Source: a virus. Taken from it: a DNA stretch of 64,000 bases. Below, piece after piece: positions 16,384 to 27,150 of the stretch. The notes below the pieces were generated by a model, which was given only the letters and a program-made list of their open reading frames with translations, searched no databases and was not told the origin of the DNA. The stretch lies in the IMG/VR virus record IMGVR_UViG_3300009514_000888, positions 32,001 to 96,000 of that record; one strand, 5' to 3'. The stretch's first letter is position 1; every line of letters starts with the position of its first letter. The translations under genes and the position numbers were made by a program.

Positions 16384-17403
16384 ATGAAGAAGATTCAAAA
16401 AAGGGCAGGGCTGTTGGTTGGAGAAATTGCTGGTGTCAACCAAATATGCCCCGTGATCTATGACTGGGCTTGGGACAGCTATATCAAGGGCGTAGCCAAT
16501 AACTGGGTTCCTACCGAAGTTCCCATGAACAGGGATATCGAACAATGGAAATCCCAAACTGAACTGACTGAAGACGAAAGACTCGTTATTAAACGCTGCC
16601 TGGGATTTTTTGCTGGCAGCGAAAGCCTGGTTGCTAACAACCTGTTGCTGGCAATCTTTAGATGGATTACCAATCCCGAATGTAGGCAATACATCGGTCG
16701 GCAGAACTATGAAGAACTGTTGCACAACCATACGATTGTTTACATCTGTGATAGTCTAAATCTGGATATTGCAGAAATCTACGAGGCATATAAAAACGTC
16801 GCGTCGATCAAGGCCAAAGACGACTTCCTCATGGGGATTACATCTGACATCTCTCGTCCGGGCTTTGATATAAGCAATAACGAAGGCAGGAAAGAATTAG
16901 TGAGAAATCTTTTGTCCTACTATATCATTTGCGAGGGCATCATGTTTTATAGCGGCTTTGCCATGATGCTGTCGTTCGGACGCCAGAACAAAATGCCAGG
17001 TATTTCAGAACAGATTCAGTACACACTACGAGATGAATCGTTGCATATACAGTTTGGCGTCAATCTTATCAATACCCTGCGCAAGGAGCATCCCGGCATC
17101 TGGACCAAAGCTTTTGAAGAAGAGACTATTGATCATATCAAAAAAGCTGTTGAACTGGAGATCGCATATGCCCATGATGTAATGCCAAACGGAATCTTGG
17201 GGTTGAACGCGCCCATGTTTGTGGACTATGTGCAATACATAGGGAATCGCAGGCTTGAAGCGTTGGAATTGGATTTCCGATATAACTCTGATGTTAACCC
17301 GTTCCCGTGGATGAGCGAAGTCATCGACTTGCAGAAAAACAAGAATTTCTTCGAGTCAAGAGTGACGGATTATCAAACGGGAACCATAGAGGATGATTTT
17401 TAA
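16384..17403 (+). CDS. nrdB: Ribonucleotide reductase class I beta subunit
   Basis: Di-metal motifs EELLH, EG..FYSGF and DESLH, and an acidic C-terminus NFFE.RV.DY. Confidence 0.95.
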   Translation: MKKIQKRAGLLVGEIAGVNQICPVIYDWAWDSYIKGVANNWVPTEVPMNRDIEQWKSQTELTEDERLVIKRCLGFFAGSESLVANNLLLAIFRWITNPECRQYIGRQNYEELLHNHTIVYICDSLNLDIAEIYEAYKNVASIKAKDDFLMGITSDISRPGFDISNNEGRKELVRNLLSYYIICEGIMFYSGFAMMLSFGRQNKMPGISEQIQYTLRDESLHIQFGVNLINTLRKEHPGIWTKAFEEETIDHIKKAVELEIAYAHDVMPNGILGLNAPMFVDYVQYIGNRRLEALELDFRYNSDVNPFPWMSEVIDLQKNKNFFESRVTDYQTGTIEDDF

Positions 17404-17413
17404 GGAGATAGCG

Positions 17414-17791
17414 ATGCGGCCAGAGCAGTATGTAGAAGGCGTATTAGGCACTAAAAGTCAGTTTTATCACTGGGACAGAGTTGATCCTGATTTGCTTCAT
17501 GCGATTATGGGGTGCGAAACGGAAGTGGGAGAGATGATGGATGCTATCAAGCGCACTATTTTTTATGGGAAAGAACTGGACATAGTAAACGTAAAAGAAG
17601 AGTTGGGCGATCTTCTGTATTATGTCGCTCTTGCCATGCACGCTTGCGGCACTTCGTTCGAAGAGGTTATGAAAGCGAACCATGCAAAACTGAAAGCTAG
17701 ATATCCAGATGGATTCAGTAAAGTTAGAGCTTCGGAGCGCAATTTGGCAGAGGAAAGAAAAGTATTAGAAGACAATATGGTTGATCGATGA
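17414..17791 (+). CDS. MazG-like NTP pyrophosphohydrolase
   Basis: Motifs EVGEMMD..K, EELGDLLYY and N..KLKARYP. RBS AAGGAG before ATG 17414. Confidence 0.88.
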   Translation: MRPEQYVEGVLGTKSQFYHWDRVDPDLLHAIMGCETEVGEMMDAIKRTIFYGKELDIVNVKEELGDLLYYVALAMHACGTSFEEVMKANHAKLKARYPDGFSKVRASERNLAEERKVLEDNMVDR

Positions 17792-18534
17792 TCCGTGAAG
17801 ATCAAATTATTCATGGAGATTGCCGGCAAATATTCCCAGATGTACCGGATTCTTTGGCTAAGATAGTAATCACGTCTCCTCCATACCGAGCTGGCAAGGC
17901 ATATGAAGAGTCCATGTCTGTCGAGGAATATAGACAGTTTGCGGAGTCATGGGTTTCTCGAATTCCTCGCATTGTAGATGATAACGGATCATTTTGGCTT
18001 AATGTAGGGTATACCAAGATTGGAAAAAATGAAACACTACCATTGACGTACCTATACTATCCCTTGGTCAAGATGCGTCTTGTACAAGAGATCGTTTGGC
18101 ATTATGAAGGAGGAATGTCATACAAAAAAAGATTTACACATCGCACAGAAAGATGGATGTGGTTTGCTAAAAATCCTGATAATGTAATATTCAATCTCGA
18201 TGATATTAGAGATATCTCTCTAAACAAAACAGATGATAAAAGAAATCATCCTCTCGGGAAAAACCCGTCTGATTACTGGTCGTTTAATAGAGTTGTCTCT
18301 GGCACTGGAAAAACAAAAGAAAAAACCTCTCACCCATGTCAATTCCCTATCTCAATGATAAAAAGAATCATTCGATCTTGCTCCAATACAGGCGACCTGA
18401 TTATAGACCCGTTCTCCGGGTCTGGCACTGTTTGCGCAGCTGCCAAAGAACTTGGACGTAAATATATAGGAATAGAACAATGCCAGCAATATGTCGATGA
18501 ATCCAGGGAACGGTTAAGGAACATCAGCGGCTAA
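17788..18534 (+). CDS. N4-C/N6-A DNA methyltransferase (beta class)
   Basis: Motifs TSPPY, HPCQFP and IIDPFSGSGT. Confidence 0.92.
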   Translation: MIREDQIIHGDCRQIFPDVPDSLAKIVITSPPYRAGKAYEESMSVEEYRQFAESWVSRIPRIVDDNGSFWLNVGYTKIGKNETLPLTYLYYPLVKMRLVQEIVWHYEGGMSYKKRFTHRTERWMWFAKNPDNVIFNLDDIRDISLNKTDDKRNHPLGKNPSDYWSFNRVVSGTGKTKEKTSHPCQFPISMIKRIIRSCSNTGDLIIDPFSGSGTVCAAAKELGRKYIGIEQCQQYVDESRERLRNISG

Positions 18535-18590
18535 AGGGAAACATCATACAGATCAGAAAATAATAATGGATTTGGCTCCGACTATAGATC

Positions 18591-20348
18591 ATGCCTGTAT
18601 CAGCATCAAACACTGTCGTCGCATATCGATCCGGTGATACCCAAAGCGAAGAGGTCACCGATCTCTATGTCGCCAGACATAACCTGCCTGCTGCGCATAA
18701 AGTTGCGCTGCCATGTAGCTCAAATGAAATATTGAACAATGAAGCAGCATTTGATGCGCAGGTTCGTTTGCCGCTTAAGGCGGCTGTCGATGCCCTGGAG
18801 GTCGGCGGCGCAAATATTATGGTCATTGTTCTGAGCTTCCGCGTTCCAGGCGGATTTCGCTCTGGCAACGATGTCATATCGTCAACATCACGAATCTCTC
18901 GTATCCATAAACCATTTGTGAAGCAGATTCGGAATGACTTGTTTGATCGGAGGGTCTTCTCTCGATTTGAAACAGCAGATAAAGGCGTTGCCCTGATTGC
19001 ATCTCGTATCGATGCTCCAACGATACAACTGGCTAAGGACATGGTAGAGAATGCCGATAGGCTCAGGAAGAGAGCCTTTGTGAATGGCAAATTTTATCTC
19101 GATCCATATTCTGATCGTCATGCTCCAGGATCAGATGATTATACCAATGAACTACTGGACTTCCAGACCAGAACATTGCCCGTCCTGAATCTGGAAGAAT
19201 TCTCAACCGTATTCCTCGACCCCTATGTAGATGTGGTGATCCCATTCGCGGAAAATGATTCTTTTATTTGGTCATGGTTTACAGATAGAACATCCCTCTC
19301 GTTCTTCAAAGATACAGGCTCATTCCGCGTCTTCCTGTACAATGCCGACTTTGATGGCGCAGCGACTGTTCGTGGTTTGACGGATGGCAGATGGACTAGC
19401 ACAGGGATACAGGCTGGATACCTGTCAACCGCTGGGGCAATGTCTGCCCCTACGATTGACGGATTCTTGCGACCTCAGCCGTTTTTCGAAACGTTGATTC
19501 GAGGAGGTACGCTGGGAGAAGCATACCTGTTCAGCCAGCCATTCTTCGATTGGACAATCTCTTTTTTAGGCGATCCGCTCGTTTCAATGTCCTTTCCGGC
19601 TGAACTGACGATTGACGCCGAGGGGACGAATGAGATCGAAAGCATACGGCTGATGAGCCAGAGCCTTTCTCGCGCGCTGGCGTATGGACTAAGGAAAGAA
19701 ACGGAATTGGAACAGGTCAGAGATAGGATCGTTCTTAGTTTGGATATCGCTACAGAAGTGGACCTGCTGCTGCCTGCGAGCAATTTGTACCAAGAAAATA
19801 CGAATGAAGCTATCAATGGGCAATACTCTGATTTGGTGGTTACGTTTGCAGACTATATTGAGAACAGAAATAGATTTGCTAATTTGACAGAGATTCAGCC
19901 CAATGTCAGTACCATTCTCAGTAACAATGAACTCCAATTTAGCGAACTGATACAAGACGCGGAGCCAGATGTCAATCGCTATTCCTCTAATGTGATATTG
20001 AATCAAGGAAGCTGGCAACTGGAATTCGTGGTACAGGATGATGCCGGATCATTCGCTTTCTATCATTTTGGTATAGAAGTTTCTGAGAGCGTGGATTTCG
20101 ATACTATCGATCTTGCTGTTAACAGCCAGGATAATCAGAACGGTTGGTTCTTTGAAGCGAACGAAAACGAATTCTCTCCGATCACTGTTGGCGGGGTAAG
20201 GTCCAGCTTTGTTGGCAAGAGAGTCAGATATGAGTCTCAGTCGGGGCAGAATCTAAGTCGTAGCGGTATTTACAACTTTAGGGTTAGACAGATCGACCAG
20301 TTGACAACATACGATTTTCGAGAATTTGCCGATATCATATTCACATGA
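18591..20348 (+). CDS. TIGR03790-like domain protein with C-terminal extension
   Basis: Motifs S.EV..LY...HNLP, SRIDAP..A..MV, GA.S.P....F.RP..FF..L..G.TLGEA and W.I.FLGDPL. Confidence 0.65.
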   Translation: MPVSASNTVVAYRSGDTQSEEVTDLYVARHNLPAAHKVALPCSSNEILNNEAAFDAQVRLPLKAAVDALEVGGANIMVIVLSFRVPGGFRSGNDVISSTSRISRIHKPFVKQIRNDLFDRRVFSRFETADKGVALIASRIDAPTIQLAKDMVENADRLRKRAFVNGKFYLDPYSDRHAPGSDDYTNELLDFQTRTLPVLNLEEFSTVFLDPYVDVVIPFAENDSFIWSWFTDRTSLSFFKDTGSFRVFLYNADFDGAATVRGLTDGRWTSTGIQAGYLSTAGAMSAPTIDGFLRPQPFFETLIRGGTLGEAYLFSQPFFDWTISFLGDPLVSMSFPAELTIDAEGTNEIESIRLMSQSLSRALAYGLRKETELEQVRDRIVLSLDIATEVDLLLPASNLYQENTNEAINGQYSDLVVTFADYIENRNRFANLTEIQPNVSTILSNNELQFSELIQDAEPDVNRYSSNVILNQGSWQLEFVVQDDAGSFAFYHFGIEVSESVDFDTIDLAVNSQDNQNGWFFEANENEFSPITVGGVRSSFVGKRVRYESQSGQNLSRSGIYNFRVRQIDQLTTYDFREFADIIFT

Positions 20349-20713
20349 TTAGCAGCGCAGATTACCAGTTTATTGCAGATCGTATTGGGCATGCCAAGGC
20401 TAACGGGCCTGGTATGGCGTTCAACCTCTTGTCTATGAGATCGCATCTAAGGGACAACGAGGTTGCTGCAAGTAATGAATTCAAGCTGTGGTTGACCAAA
20501 ATCATCACGGATACGTATGACGTTATTGTGGAGTCTCATCTTAGAACGCCGCCCATCTTACTGAACTTTGTGGATATATTGCAAACTCATGTCGAAAAAC
20601 ACTATGGATCAGTCGATGCCTTCCTGTCCAGCAATGGCGTCAAGGTTAACCAGGATTTTGCTGACCTATCGGATGAAGCAGGGTTTGAAATTGACCTGGC
20701 AAATATAGAGTAA
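20345..20713 (+). CDS. Hypothetical protein upstream of terminase
   Basis: ATGA-coupled 122-aa ORF. Confidence 0.65.
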   Translation: MISSADYQFIADRIGHAKANGPGMAFNLLSMRSHLRDNEVAASNEFKLWLTKIITDTYDVIVESHLRTPPILLNFVDILQTHVEKHYGSVDAFLSSNGVKVNQDFADLSDEAGFEIDLANIE

Positions 20714-20769
20714 TTTCGCTATTTTCTTGGTAATAGTAGATTTGGGAAGTTGATACTTGGAGAAACGAA

Positions 20770-23700
20770 ATGGCGAAGAGGAAGTCCAGTAGAGCCGGAG
20801 AATTCCTGTCTTCTCTTAGAGAGAGCCTGAAAGGGGATGGAGAGTCTAATATACCAGATATTATCTCCTTCGTAGAGGATGAGAGATACCTGGGATTGCC
20901 GCATGGACATAATCCTATTAATCTGTTTCCTGCCCAAAAATTGACGCTCAAGGCGTTTTATAGAGGCTCTGTCGGAAACGAAAATCTAGAAATTACCGAT
21001 GAAGATTATGCGTTGTGTCGCAAGATGGGGCTGACGGATCATGATGATCGTGGTAATCTGCTCGAAAAGATTCAAAGCAATAGCATCTTTAGAGAGCTGG
21101 TGCTGGTTTGGGGGCGTCGGTGCGTCTCAGAAGATATGGAAATAATCGATCCGGATACAGGCACCGTTTGGACATTTGGAGAATTGTGGGATCATGGCAG
21201 GAGACGTATAGACTCCTGGACTTATGATGAAAATAGCAGAAAAATGAGGATCATCAAAGACGCAGATATCCTGTTTCAGGGTAAAAGAGAAGTTTTCGAA
21301 TTAGAAACTAAAAGCGGGCATAAAATAGAAGCTACCTTAAATCACCCGTTCTTGACTAAACATGGATGGAAAAAACTAGAAGATTTAGAAATCAACAAAG
21401 ATGCTGTCGCATTGTGCACTGAACAGCCATTCTTCGGCAAGTCAGATGCTATCAGCGAAGATGAAGCTGCACTGCAAAGCATTGGATTTGCAGGAGATAA
21501 GCAGAGAGAGTTTCCGGACAGACCATATGCCCCTACCAAGCGGAGAGCAATTAATCAGTCATGCCTAAAGTTTTCCAAGATTAATTCTATCAAGCCCATT
21601 GGGCGTAAACGAACATTTGACCTTTCTGTTAGCGATAAAAAATCGTTGCAAAACTTTACTACACAAGGGTTTGTAATCTCGAACTCAGGTAAGGATTTTA
21701 GTGGTAGTATTATTGCTGCCTATGAGGCCATGAAGTTATTGGAGGTTCCCGGCGGCGATCCGTATGCTTATTATAACATCGGTTCTGCTGTTCCCATCTC
21801 AATTCTTACCGTTGCTACGTCTAAGCCCCAGGCCAGGATTGCGTTCCAGGAGATTAGGGAAAAAGTTATTTACAGCCAATACTTTCAGGACAAATACCTG
21901 CCAGAGGGCATTGAAACTGAGGCTATTCACCTTTTGACCCCCAAGGACAAGAAAGATAACCAGGAATTTGCCGCCAAGGGATTACCCTTAAAGAAAGGAT
22001 CAGTTTGTATTGAAGTTGGTCACTCTAACTCCGACTCCTTGCTTGGTAAAGGCTGCATTGTTTTGATTCTTGATGAGGTTGCTTCTTATAAGAACACTGG
22101 CGGGTCATCATCCGGAGACCGTATCTATACTGCTTTGCAACCAACCTTGAATACCTATTATCGCCGCATCCCTATTGAGGACGAATTTGGCAACATCAAA
22201 ATGGATGAGGATGGCAAGGCATGCTATAATATTGAGTATCATGGTAAGATCATCTCGATTTCATCTCCCAGAGGCAAGGAAGGTAAGTTCTATGATTTGT
22301 GGCAGGGAGCGGCTGGCGCTCCTGAAAGACTTGCCTGCCGTCTCCCGACTTGGGAAGTAAATAACCAGCATAGCTATGACTCCTTGCGAGCCGCTAATAG
22401 CGAAATGAGCGAGGAAGTCTTTATGATGGAATTTGGTGCCGAGTTTTCAGGCACAGCAGGTGAGGCGTTCTTCGAAAGAGACCAGGTTGAGCGATGCTTT
22501 AGGGGGCATGTGTTCATTGAGAATCGTTTAATTGGAGAGCCAGGAAAGGTTTATTTTGCCCATCTCGACCCTGCCACGAATAGCCACAATTATGCTTTGG
22601 TGGTTTTGCATAAAGAGATGTTTATCAATCGCGTAGACAAGAAATCGGATTTCTATGTGGTGGTGGATCACATCAAAACATGGCATCCTGGGCAGGACAA
22701 GCCTATCGATATTGATGCAGTTGATGAATACATGATTCAATTGAAGCGCCGATTTCATTTGGGAGTTGTAACGTATGACCATTGGAACTGTACTAGTCCT
22801 GAATCCTGGATTTTTTCCTCTAAAGGGCTGGTCCAGGTCAAGGATTTGAAATTAGGAGATCATGTGCAGGGGCAGGGCGGACAACTTAATAAAGTGATGT
22901 CATTAGGATATAAAAGGGATGTTAAGGGATATAGAGTCCGAACAAAATTTGGTTATGAATTACAGGCTAATGATGTTCATCCTGTTTTGGATAAAGAAAA
23001 TGGCTTTGTTCAATTGAAAGACCTGTCAGTTGGATCGACTGTTTGTCTTAAGGATTTCGAAGGCATTTTTGGAGAAGAAGACGCCGTAAATGAAGCGGCT
23101 ATGTCTGGGTATTTGATTTCAGAAGGTCATTTTGCTAGTAAAAGAAATAGCGTAGAATTCACGACTACATCAGATGACAATTTACATGATTATTGTAAAC
23201 TTGCAATATCAGTGGTTGGGGATGAGCCAAGAATTTATGTCAAAAAGTTCAAAAATCATTGGAAAGATTCGTACAATGCTAGATACATGCAGTCTGATCA
23301 TGTAGAAAAGATTATGGGATTATGTGATTGCGGATTATCTCACGATAAGAAAATCCCACAGTTTGTAATGAAAGGCAACAAACGAACTGTTGCTGCATTT
23401 TTGTCCGCTTTGTACGAAGGGGACGGGACTGTAATAAAAGATATCAACTGTCTTTCTGTACAATATGACACTGTTAGCGAGGAATTGTCTAAGCAAGTCC
23501 AGATGCTTTTGTTAGCATTTGGAATTAAATCTAGTAGGAAATATTTCGAAAACAAGTATTTCAAAGATAAGAAATGTCCATATTATAGAGTTAGTTTGTA
23601 TGGATACAATATATTTGCTTTTCATAACAATATTGGTTTTAGGTCAAAAGAAAAGAGAGATAGGTTGGATAATGTTGTTGATTTGCAAGGTTCTGACAAA

Positions 23701-24330
23701 AGATATAAGTACAAAAGGCAGGCTAAGGGATTAAGAAAATCATCTAAAAAGAAGTCTCGTAGTCAATACATGTGGGATAAGGTTGTATCCATAGAGGCGG
23801 TTAGTACAGACATTGTTCATCTAGAAGTTGATGGAGACCATACATATGTCTCTAATGGGATAGTGTCCCATAATAGTCAACAGAGCATTCTGAGGCTGAG
23901 AAAGCACGGCATTCCAGCGAGAATGACCCGGTATAATCGACAATACAAGATGGAAATCTATTCTGAGCTAGAATCCTTGGTGAATTCAGGCCGTATCAAG
24001 ATACCTTATTATAGTCTTTTGCATGATGAAATGGTTGGTTTGCAAAGAAAGTATACCGATAATGGGTTTAAGGTGTATGCCCAGCAAGAGGGAGATGGCT
24101 GTCATACGGATGATGTAGTTGATGCCCTTGCTGGTGCCGCATTTATGGCAATGTCAGTCGATAACAAGAGGCTACCCAAGGGCAAGCTGGCGCATTCCGG
24201 AAATCCGTCAAGCGCAGCGAACAATATCGTTTGGCGCAACATGCAGGGCGGAGTTTACGGCGTAGGCAGCGGGCAATCCGTGGCCAACCAGTTGGAAAGA
24301 AGGAATTCCTGGCCACGATATAAAAGGTAA
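20770..24330 (+). CDS. terL: Terminase large subunit with two inteins
   Basis: Spliced Walker A WGRR|SGKD, Walker B ILDEVA, nuclease AHLDPA and DDVVDA. About 636 aa after splicing. Confidence 0.93.
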   Translation: MAKRKSSRAGEFLSSLRESLKGDGESNIPDIISFVEDERYLGLPHGHNPINLFPAQKLTLKAFYRGSVGNENLEITDEDYALCRKMGLTDHDDRGNLLEKIQSNSIFRELVLVWGRRCVSEDMEIIDPDTGTVWTFGELWDHGRRRIDSWTYDENSRKMRIIKDADILFQGKREVFELETKSGHKIEATLNHPFLTKHGWKKLEDLEINKDAVALCTEQPFFGKSDAISEDEAALQSIGFAGDKQREFPDRPYAPTKRRAINQSCLKFSKINSIKPIGRKRTFDLSVSDKKSLQNFTTQGFVISNSGKDFSGSIIAAYEAMKLLEVPGGDPYAYYNIGSAVPISILTVATSKPQARIAFQEIREKVIYSQYFQDKYLPEGIETEAIHLLTPKDKKDNQEFAAKGLPLKKGSVCIEVGHSNSDSLLGKGCIVLILDEVASYKNTGGSSSGDRIYTALQPTLNTYYRRIPIEDEFGNIKMDEDGKACYNIEYHGKIISISSPRGKEGKFYDLWQGAAGAPERLACRLPTWEVNNQHSYDSLRAANSEMSEEVFMMEFGAEFSGTAGEAFFERDQVERCFRGHVFIENRLIGEPGKVYFAHLDPATNSHNYALVVLHKEMFINRVDKKSDFYVVVDHIKTWHPGQDKPIDIDAVDEYMIQLKRRFHLGVVTYDHWNCTSPESWIFSSKGLVQVKDLKLGDHVQGQGGQLNKVMSLGYKRDVKGYRVRTKFGYELQANDVHPVLDKENGFVQLKDLSVGSTVCLKDFEGIFGEEDAVNEAAMSGYLISEGHFASKRNSVEFTTTSDDNLHDYCKLAISVVGDEPRIYVKKFKNHWKDSYNARYMQSDHVEKIMGLCDCGLSHDKKIPQFVMKGNKRTVAAFLSALYEGDGTVIKDINCLSVQYDTVSEELSKQVQMLLLAFGIKSSRKYFENKYFKDKKCPYYRVSLYGYNIFAFHNNIGFRSKEKRDRLDNVVDLQGSDKRYKYKRQAKGLRKSSKKKSRSQYMWDKVVSIEAVSTDIVHLEVDGDHTYVSNGIVSHNSQQSILRLRKHGIPARMTRYNRQYKMEIYSELESLVNSGRIKIPYYSLLHDEMVGLQRKYTDNGFKVYAQQEGDGCHTDDVVDALAGAAFMAMSVDNKRLPKGKLAHSGNPSSAANNIVWRNMQGGVYGVGSGQSVANQLERRNSWPRYKR
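21121..21684 (+). mobile_element. TerL intein 1 (188 aa, no intact endonuclease) in the Walker A motif
   Basis: GRR|CVSEDMEI...TLNHPF...TFDLSV...FVISN|SGK; the penultimate residue is Ser, not His. Confidence 0.9.
22789..23874 (+). mobile_element. TerL intein 2 (362 aa) with LAGLIDADG endonuclease
   Basis: DHWN|CTSPES...GYLISEG...FLSALYEGDG...GIVSHN|SQQS. Confidence 0.92.
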
Positions 24331-24357
24331 TGTATACTATAAATAAGAGGAATAGCA

Positions 24358-25383
24358 ATGTTTAATATCCGCAAGTTGGCGCAGAAAGTCAGTCCATTCA
24401 AGAAGTCTCCCAGGGCGAAGCCTTATGAGAAGCATTTGCATGACAACAACGAAGGTCATGGGCTGAAGTCCGACCCACACAATGGCGTGACCGATTGGCA
24501 GCTCCAGCAACAGGGTCATAAGAATAAGGACAACCTTGTTCCATTTGAAGAGCAGTTGGGAGCGGCTCGCGCCGATGTTAACGCTCATGTTTTGGAAAAA
24601 GCGCTGGACGAAAATCCTCAGCTTTATGCCACTCGGAGGTTGCCGAAGGTTTGGGATACAAAGATTAAGTCCATTGATATGCTGGCAGAAGCCTATGACC
24701 AGGCTCGCAATGCTGCGTATTCCAGGGTTAATAAGGGAGAATTTGATGCTCCTTTGCAGAATGAGAACCCAGGTTCTCAGATGCTCGGTCCCAAGACAAA
24801 GATCAAGGGGAATGTCCAGCCAAGTCAGCTGGAAAATCATCCTGACCGATTCCAGGGATTAGAAAACAAATACCCCATTCATACAGATGTGAGCAAGAAC
24901 AGAAAGACGCTCGATAAGTCTGATAATATCAAAGACCTCGCGGTTGCGGGCGCTCTGCATCACCTCAAGAGCGCAGATGCCATGTTGTTCCATATTTTCG
25001 CAACAGCTGCCGAAGAAGGCAGGGAGATAACCGCTCATGAGCATCAGATGGTGAAAGATATTAATAGCAGCAAAGCAAGGCTCCTGTCCTTCGCCCAATG
25101 GTTTGATGACTCTAGCCTGTCATTGAATGACTACCAAGTCAAGGCTTTTTTGGTGCAAAATGCCAGCAGCGATCCTTTGGTTGGTGCAATATATCAGAAG
25201 GTTGGACAGAACCCCAATGCCTTGAGCCTGATTACGGCTATGTTCCAGAGTTTCATGAATGATCCGGGTTTGATTAGCAGGTTTCGAAACTGGCTGACTC
25301 AACAGTCAAATGCGCAGGCTCAGCCTCAGCAGCAGACTGATCCCGCCGCAGCCCCGGCGGCTATGCATCAGCAAGTGGCGTGA
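24358..25383 (+). CDS. Putative head/internal virion protein
   Basis: Lies in the head module and begins MFNIRKLAQ (shared motif). Confidence 0.6.
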   Translation: MFNIRKLAQKVSPFKKSPRAKPYEKHLHDNNEGHGLKSDPHNGVTDWQLQQQGHKNKDNLVPFEEQLGAARADVNAHVLEKALDENPQLYATRRLPKVWDTKIKSIDMLAEAYDQARNAAYSRVNKGEFDAPLQNENPGSQMLGPKTKIKGNVQPSQLENHPDRFQGLENKYPIHTDVSKNRKTLDKSDNIKDLAVAGALHHLKSADAMLFHIFATAAEEGREITAHEHQMVKDINSSKARLLSFAQWFDDSSLSLNDYQVKAFLVQNASSDPLVGAIYQKVGQNPNALSLITAMFQSFMNDPGLISRFRNWLTQQSNAQAQPQQQTDPAAAPAAMHQQVA

Positions 25384-25386
25384 GCA

Positions 25387-26034
25387 ATGCACAATTTCAA
25401 TATGCGCAAACAGAAACAGATGCCTATCTTTGCCTGTAAGCGATGCGGCGCTCAGACAATCCATAAAGTGGCTACTAACGGATGCCCCTTATGCGGTTTC
25501 CACCTATTTAGGGTAGCCGACAAAGGGTATCCTCGCATGTTGAGATGGGACTTCCCCCATAACCCTGATGGCTCTTATAACCCATACAAGAGCAAGCACA
25601 GCCCTGGCGATGGGGAGGGAGAAGATAAGACCAGGGCTGGCAGCGAAGGCTTCGTTAACGAGCCTGGATCAGGGAACTTCTCAAGTATTTTCGGCAATCC
25701 TGACAGGGACGGAATTAAAAACGATTCTCTACATGGCGTCAATCCTGATCCGAGCGGCAGGGACAGGGTTCCTGGGTCGCATGATGACTATATATCCAAC
25801 CCTCTTATGCCAACGGATTTGAAGCCCTGGGACGTTAGTGAAATATTTATGCCGCCTGGAAGCCCTTTGGGGCTGGACTCTAGAGTGACTAGGGAGATGG
25901 ATGGGCGAGATAAGCTAGATAGCGGAGGGATGGATCAGCAGTTGGGATTGTCAAGAATGTTGCATCATAGAGACGATAAAAGACGTAGTGTGTTCAAACA
26001 GATCGCACCACGCTTACGAGGAGCCAACCGATGA
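25387..26034 (+). CDS. Zn-ribbon protein, putative virion component
   Basis: MHNFNMRKQ N-terminus and CKRC...CPLC. Confidence 0.6.
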   Translation: MHNFNMRKQKQMPIFACKRCGAQTIHKVATNGCPLCGFHLFRVADKGYPRMLRWDFPHNPDGSYNPYKSKHSPGDGEGEDKTRAGSEGFVNEPGSGNFSSIFGNPDRDGIKNDSLHGVNPDPSGRDRVPGSHDDYISNPLMPTDLKPWDVSEIFMPPGSPLGLDSRVTREMDGRDKLDSGGMDQQLGLSRMLHHRDDKRRSVFKQIAPRLRGANR

Positions 26035-27020
26035 TCGTAGTCAGGGTAAAGCAGAGTCTCAGGGGAGAGCTTGTCCTCCCGACAGTTGGTTATGCTGTCA
26101 AAGCTAATTGCAAGCTCAGCCTAAGCAGGAATCAATTCTATGCGAATGACATCCAAGCCGCCCTTAGAAGTGGCATGATTGAGATGGAGGATGATAGTGC
26201 CAAGGAGCAATGGTCTCCTATCCGCCATTTCAAGGTCAAGAATGTGAGCGGGAAAGCGCTAACTGTAGCCGAGAGTTTGGCTTTCCTTGTGGGAGAGGCT
26301 AAGTTCCTGAATGAGACATCCTATCTTGATGCAGGCGTGCAATCCGCCCTGCGAGCAGGTTGGCTTGAGTCGGAAGAGTTGGCAGATGTCGAAGTGCGCA
26401 AAGACACTTACCGCTCTAGAGAGCGGAAGAGAGAGAACCAGCGCAAGTATGAAGAAGAACAGACAAGCGCTACAGAGGCTTCTCCCGATCCTAAGCATAG
26501 ACCGAAAAAGAAAGCCAAGCCCAAGAAGGCAGCGCGCAAGCCAAGGTCGAAGCCCAAGCCTGGACCAAAAACCCAGCAAAACGAGGGCGGATATCGCCCC
26601 GAGGAGCCGCTGACCACCATGCAGTCATGGAATGCGTCAGAGCAGAAGGCAGTGCCCAGAGACGAGAGCAATCAGATGGTAGCGCCTCGCATTGAAGGTC
26701 ATGAGCCGGAGTACAGAGAAGAGGCGGAAGTTCAAGTTGGTGAAATCGACTTCTCTGACATCAAGCCCAAATCTGCCTCCAAGAAGGGCAAGGTTGCCAA
26801 GGGCAAGGCCGCCAAGAAGGGTAAGGGGCGCAAGGGTTTGCGGGCAGTGGGTCGCAGGAGAGCGGAGAGTAGGCCCGGGGGCGAACTATCGTTACTGGAC
26901 GTGCCTTTACCCAATGAGTCTAGCGCGGTAGATGGATTCGTTGATACTGAGCAATTATCTACGCAAATGTCTCGACATCCAGATAACAGAATCTCAGAAA
27001 ACAACAGTGAAGTTGAATGA
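26031..27020 (+). CDS. Hypothetical protein with Lys/Arg-rich low-complexity C-half
   Basis: Duplicated N-terminal small domains (LSLSRNQFYANDIQAALRSG / FLNETSYLDAGVQSALRAG) and basic tracts. Confidence 0.65.
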   Translation: MIVVRVKQSLRGELVLPTVGYAVKANCKLSLSRNQFYANDIQAALRSGMIEMEDDSAKEQWSPIRHFKVKNVSGKALTVAESLAFLVGEAKFLNETSYLDAGVQSALRAGWLESEELADVEVRKDTYRSRERKRENQRKYEEEQTSATEASPDPKHRPKKKAKPKKAARKPRSKPKPGPKTQQNEGGYRPEEPLTTMQSWNASEQKAVPRDESNQMVAPRIEGHEPEYREEAEVQVGEIDFSDIKPKSASKKGKVAKGKAAKKGKGRKGLRAVGRRRAESRPGGELSLLDVPLPNESSAVDGFVDTEQLSTQMSRHPDNRISENNSEVE

Positions 27021-27150
27021 AGATCATCAAAACACAAAAATTGATAGAGAAAGAGAAGAAGCGACTGAAACGATATTGGAAGAAAGTATATCCGAAAGAC
27101 TATGCGGATGAACTGGTAGAAAATCTTCCACATTCTTCTCTCAAACCAAC

